This document shows positions 61,772 through 64,000 of a DNA stretch of 64,000 nt, one piece after another. The DNA comes from Nitrosopumilus sp. (lineage in GTDB: Archaea > Thermoproteota > Nitrososphaeria > Nitrososphaerales > Nitrosopumilaceae). The DNA is taken from positions 672,001-736,000 of the forward strand of contig OZ241857.1 in the NCBI GenBank assembly GCA_965203315.1. Direction: 5' to 3'. Position 1 is the first letter of the stretch, and each line of letters starts with the position of its first letter. The position numbers and the translations under genes were made by a program. The notes under the pieces are model-generated. The model made no database searches. It was not told where the DNA came from and saw only the letters and a program-made list of their open reading frames with translations.

Positions 61772-62219
61772 CTTGAGGTATTCGTTTCTTTAACTCTTTG
61801 TCATTAAATATTCGTGGATGTGATGGATCAGCTAGAATCACCTCAAACCAATAGTGTTTGCCATCTTTGTAGATAAAGTATGAACCGAGTAGTCTCATGT
61901 TGGGATATCTCTCTAGTACTCGTCTCTCGGCAACGATCTTCATGTTATCGTCGGCTTTGATTCTGACTACACCTAGATGTTTAGGTCTTCGTCCACCACG
62001 AGGTCGCTGTTTCCTCATACCGCCTGTACCTACCCTCATACGAATAACGACTATGCCTTGTTTTGCTTTGTAGCCCAATCTCCTTGCTCGTTGAATTCTA
62101 CTGGGTCGTTCGATTCGTGTTATTGCATTCTGTTTACGCCACATTATTGCACGTTCACGTAGTTCAGGGGCGTTCTCCTTCCAGAGTCGTATCCATGCTA
62201 GGTCTTGACTACTAGGCAT
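61764..62219 (-). CDS. rpl15e: 50S ribosomal protein L15e
   Basis: RARRLGYKAKQG, GRRPK, YWFEVILADPSHP. Confidence 0.97.
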   Translation of the reverse strand: MPSSQDLAWIRLWKENAPELRERAIMWRKQNAITRIERPSRIQRARRLGYKAKQGIVVIRMRVGTGGMRKQRPRGGRRPKHLGVVRIKADDNMKIVAERRVLERYPNMRLLGSYFIYKDGKHYWFEVILADPSHPRIFNDKELKKRIPQVA

Positions 62220-62590
62220 ATGAGACGTGATAAAAAACCCTTTAATAATTTAAATGCTCATCAGCCATACACCTGGGAGAGTAGCGATCACGACATCAAA
62301 GCATGACATATATGATAACTGCCCGAATATTGTAGCGATCCAGTCATCTTGATCTAGATAAGGTCGAGTTGGATCATACGTTGTGAGTGTTTTGTACAAA
62401 CCCCATATTCTTTGGTCTAAGCGACAAGATCTAGTATATCATAGTTGTAATAGCAACTCGCATAGCAGAGGTTCATCAAGAGATATTGTTGCAGGTGTGA
62501 CATTGTAAATAATCATTCACAAGATGCGATCGCTAGTCGGCATGGTACAATTTGAGATTTTTATAAAGTGTATGACAACATTTAGAAGAG

Positions 62591-63241
62591 TTGACGACCA
62601 GATATCTTGTAACGGGTCTTGTAATTGGTCTTGTTATAGTCTCGATGGCATCATTAGGGTATGCTGAATCCTCAATATCGATCATATTGAAAGAGTCTGA
62701 ATATACTTACTGTCAAGTGTTGTTTTATACTATAGTTGTTGACAAAGTTGCCGTACCTAACGAATCAGCAGTAATTCACATCATAGATACAAACTCGACT
62801 TCTAGCAGCGCGATTCCAATACTGATCACAGATACGACCACACATGTACCGGCTCGTGTTCCATTCGAGAATCCACCGTTTGCTCCTGGCAAGTACACTA
62901 TTACAGCAGAATACGTGAATGGTAAAACTAGTGCCGAGTTTGAATTGGTTGAGTCAGATGTACAATGCATCTCGAGTAATATTCGGCCCATACTTGGTGC
63001 TTGGGTCGCAGGTGAATTTAGTGATGGATTTGTCATCGATGCGTTACAAAAATATACAAGCGACACAATGATCGATATACCATTTACTATAAACAACGAC
63101 AACTTTTACAATATCTACATTCCAGATTGGGTACGAACGCCAACATATTGGTGGTTGAATGGAGTGATAAGCGACGAACAATTAATTGCCATATTACAGT
63201 ACCTACTAGATGAGTCGGTCATAACCATCAAGGAGACATAG
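62591..63241 (+). CDS. Secreted thaumarchaeal surface protein
   Basis: Signal peptide; IPDWVR...WW..G.ISD...ILQYL motif. Confidence 0.75.
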   Translation: MTTRYLVTGLVIGLVIVSMASLGYAESSISIILKESEYTYCQVLFYTIVVDKVAVPNESAVIHIIDTNSTSSSAIPILITDTTTHVPARVPFENPPFAPGKYTITAEYVNGKTSAEFELVESDVQCISSNIRPILGAWVAGEFSDGFVIDALQKYTSDTMIDIPFTINNDNFYNIYIPDWVRTPTYWWLNGVISDEQLIAILQYLLDESVITIKET

Positions 63242-63242
63242 G

Positions 63243-63758
63243 ATGAATCGGTACACAATAATTAGCATAATTGCAATAACAGGCATTGTTGTACCGTGCT
63301 TGTATGGAATAGTGAACGTGTATGCTGCTCAGAATATAGAATATCGATGGTATGGGCAATCAGACTTTTCGCTCTTTGAGCTTACTGACAATGGCAGTAT
63401 AGAATTTTGTAATACAGTACCATTCTGGAGCAACTTTGAACGAATAGAGATGACTGTGCTTCGCAATGATGTTGCCATCGGCACGTTTGCGACAGAATCT
63501 GTTGTGTTGGATCCAAACTCATCCGATGTTGTACATGTCACATTTACATCATCGAGCTTTGCAATGTCACTAAATGAGCTCATGACGATCGACTTTGTTT
63601 TAGATGGTGGGAGTTTTAGAGTAGATCCTAACGAGTTCACAGTAATTCTAGAGATAGACACCACAATAATTGGGGTAATACCTTACTCTACCGTTACTCA
63701 ATTAGATATGATCGAATTTGATCAGATGATGAATACAGAGAATCTATCTTGTGACTAA
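63243..63758 (+). CDS. Membrane-anchored hypothetical protein
   Basis: N-terminal TM; co-oriented 1 bp after the previous gene. Confidence 0.65.
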   Translation: MNRYTIISIIAITGIVVPCLYGIVNVYAAQNIEYRWYGQSDFSLFELTDNGSIEFCNTVPFWSNFERIEMTVLRNDVAIGTFATESVVLDPNSSDVVHVTFTSSSFAMSLNELMTIDFVLDGGSFRVDPNEFTVILEIDTTIIGVIPYSTVTQLDMIEFDQMMNTENLSCD

Positions 63759-64000
63759 CGTCGCTTACTAGCTTTTGCAATTAATGCCAGAGCAACGGCA
63801 ATCCCGCCAGCAACTATAAAGGCAATCACTGTACTCGTAAACACATTCATTCTTTCCATAGCTGTCTGTTTAGGCGGTTCTAGAACGCAAGTGTCACCTT
63901 CAAGTATAGTTCCTGGGCCACAATTATCAACGGATGATGTATCTGGTGGAATTGGAGTCTCTTTTGCAATAACTGGATCAAGTGGTGTGTCGGGTATTGT
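63755..64000 (-). CDS. 3' end of a surface protein with C-terminal TM (partial)
   Basis: Open frame GPGTILEGDTCVL...FIVAGGIAVALALIAKASKRR* running off the window. Confidence 0.6.
   Translation of the reverse strand, partial: TIPDTPLDPVIAKETPIPPDTSSVDNCGPGTILEGDTCVLEPPKQTAMERMNVFTSTVIAFIVAGGIAVALALIAKASKRR

Overview
Archaeal chromosome segment, very likely Nitrosopumilaceae (Thaumarchaeota). The evidence is TBP, cofG/cofH, purM, nurA-herA-mre11-rad50, PAC2, rpl15e, and CFI-box and cupredoxin proteins. Between the core genes lies a dense mobilome: two IS110/IS1111-type elements, an IS66, several IS6 elements or remnants, IS5/ISH3/IS481 remnants, and about 24 MITEs in five families, some nested. 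Defence genes include type III, type ISP and HNH type II restriction-modification systems, an orphan MTase, three HEPN modules, a PIN toxin-antitoxin pair and a DUF3800 gene. Most notable: (1) a 6.9-kb IS6 unit transposon (8-bp TSD CTATTATA) whose 462-bp perfect terminal inverted repeats encode the shared N-terminus of two type III mod genes with different TRDs, the res-coupled one broken at a C10 tract; (2) a recurring helical protein / pseudo-nucleotidyltransferase / HEPN module in three copies, one of them inside its own inverted repeats; (3) IS110 non-coding ends with segments matching their own target sites (bridge-RNA-like) and a junction-formed archaeal promoter; (4) simple-sequence repeats at promoters of defence-type genes; (5) an atypical tRNA(GTC) followed by an antisense copy of its own 5' half; (6) a structured RNA candidate 3' of DUF3800; (7) repeat expansions in both arms of Rad50. 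All calls come from manual reading with no database searches, and the homopolymer frameshifts could be sequencing errors.
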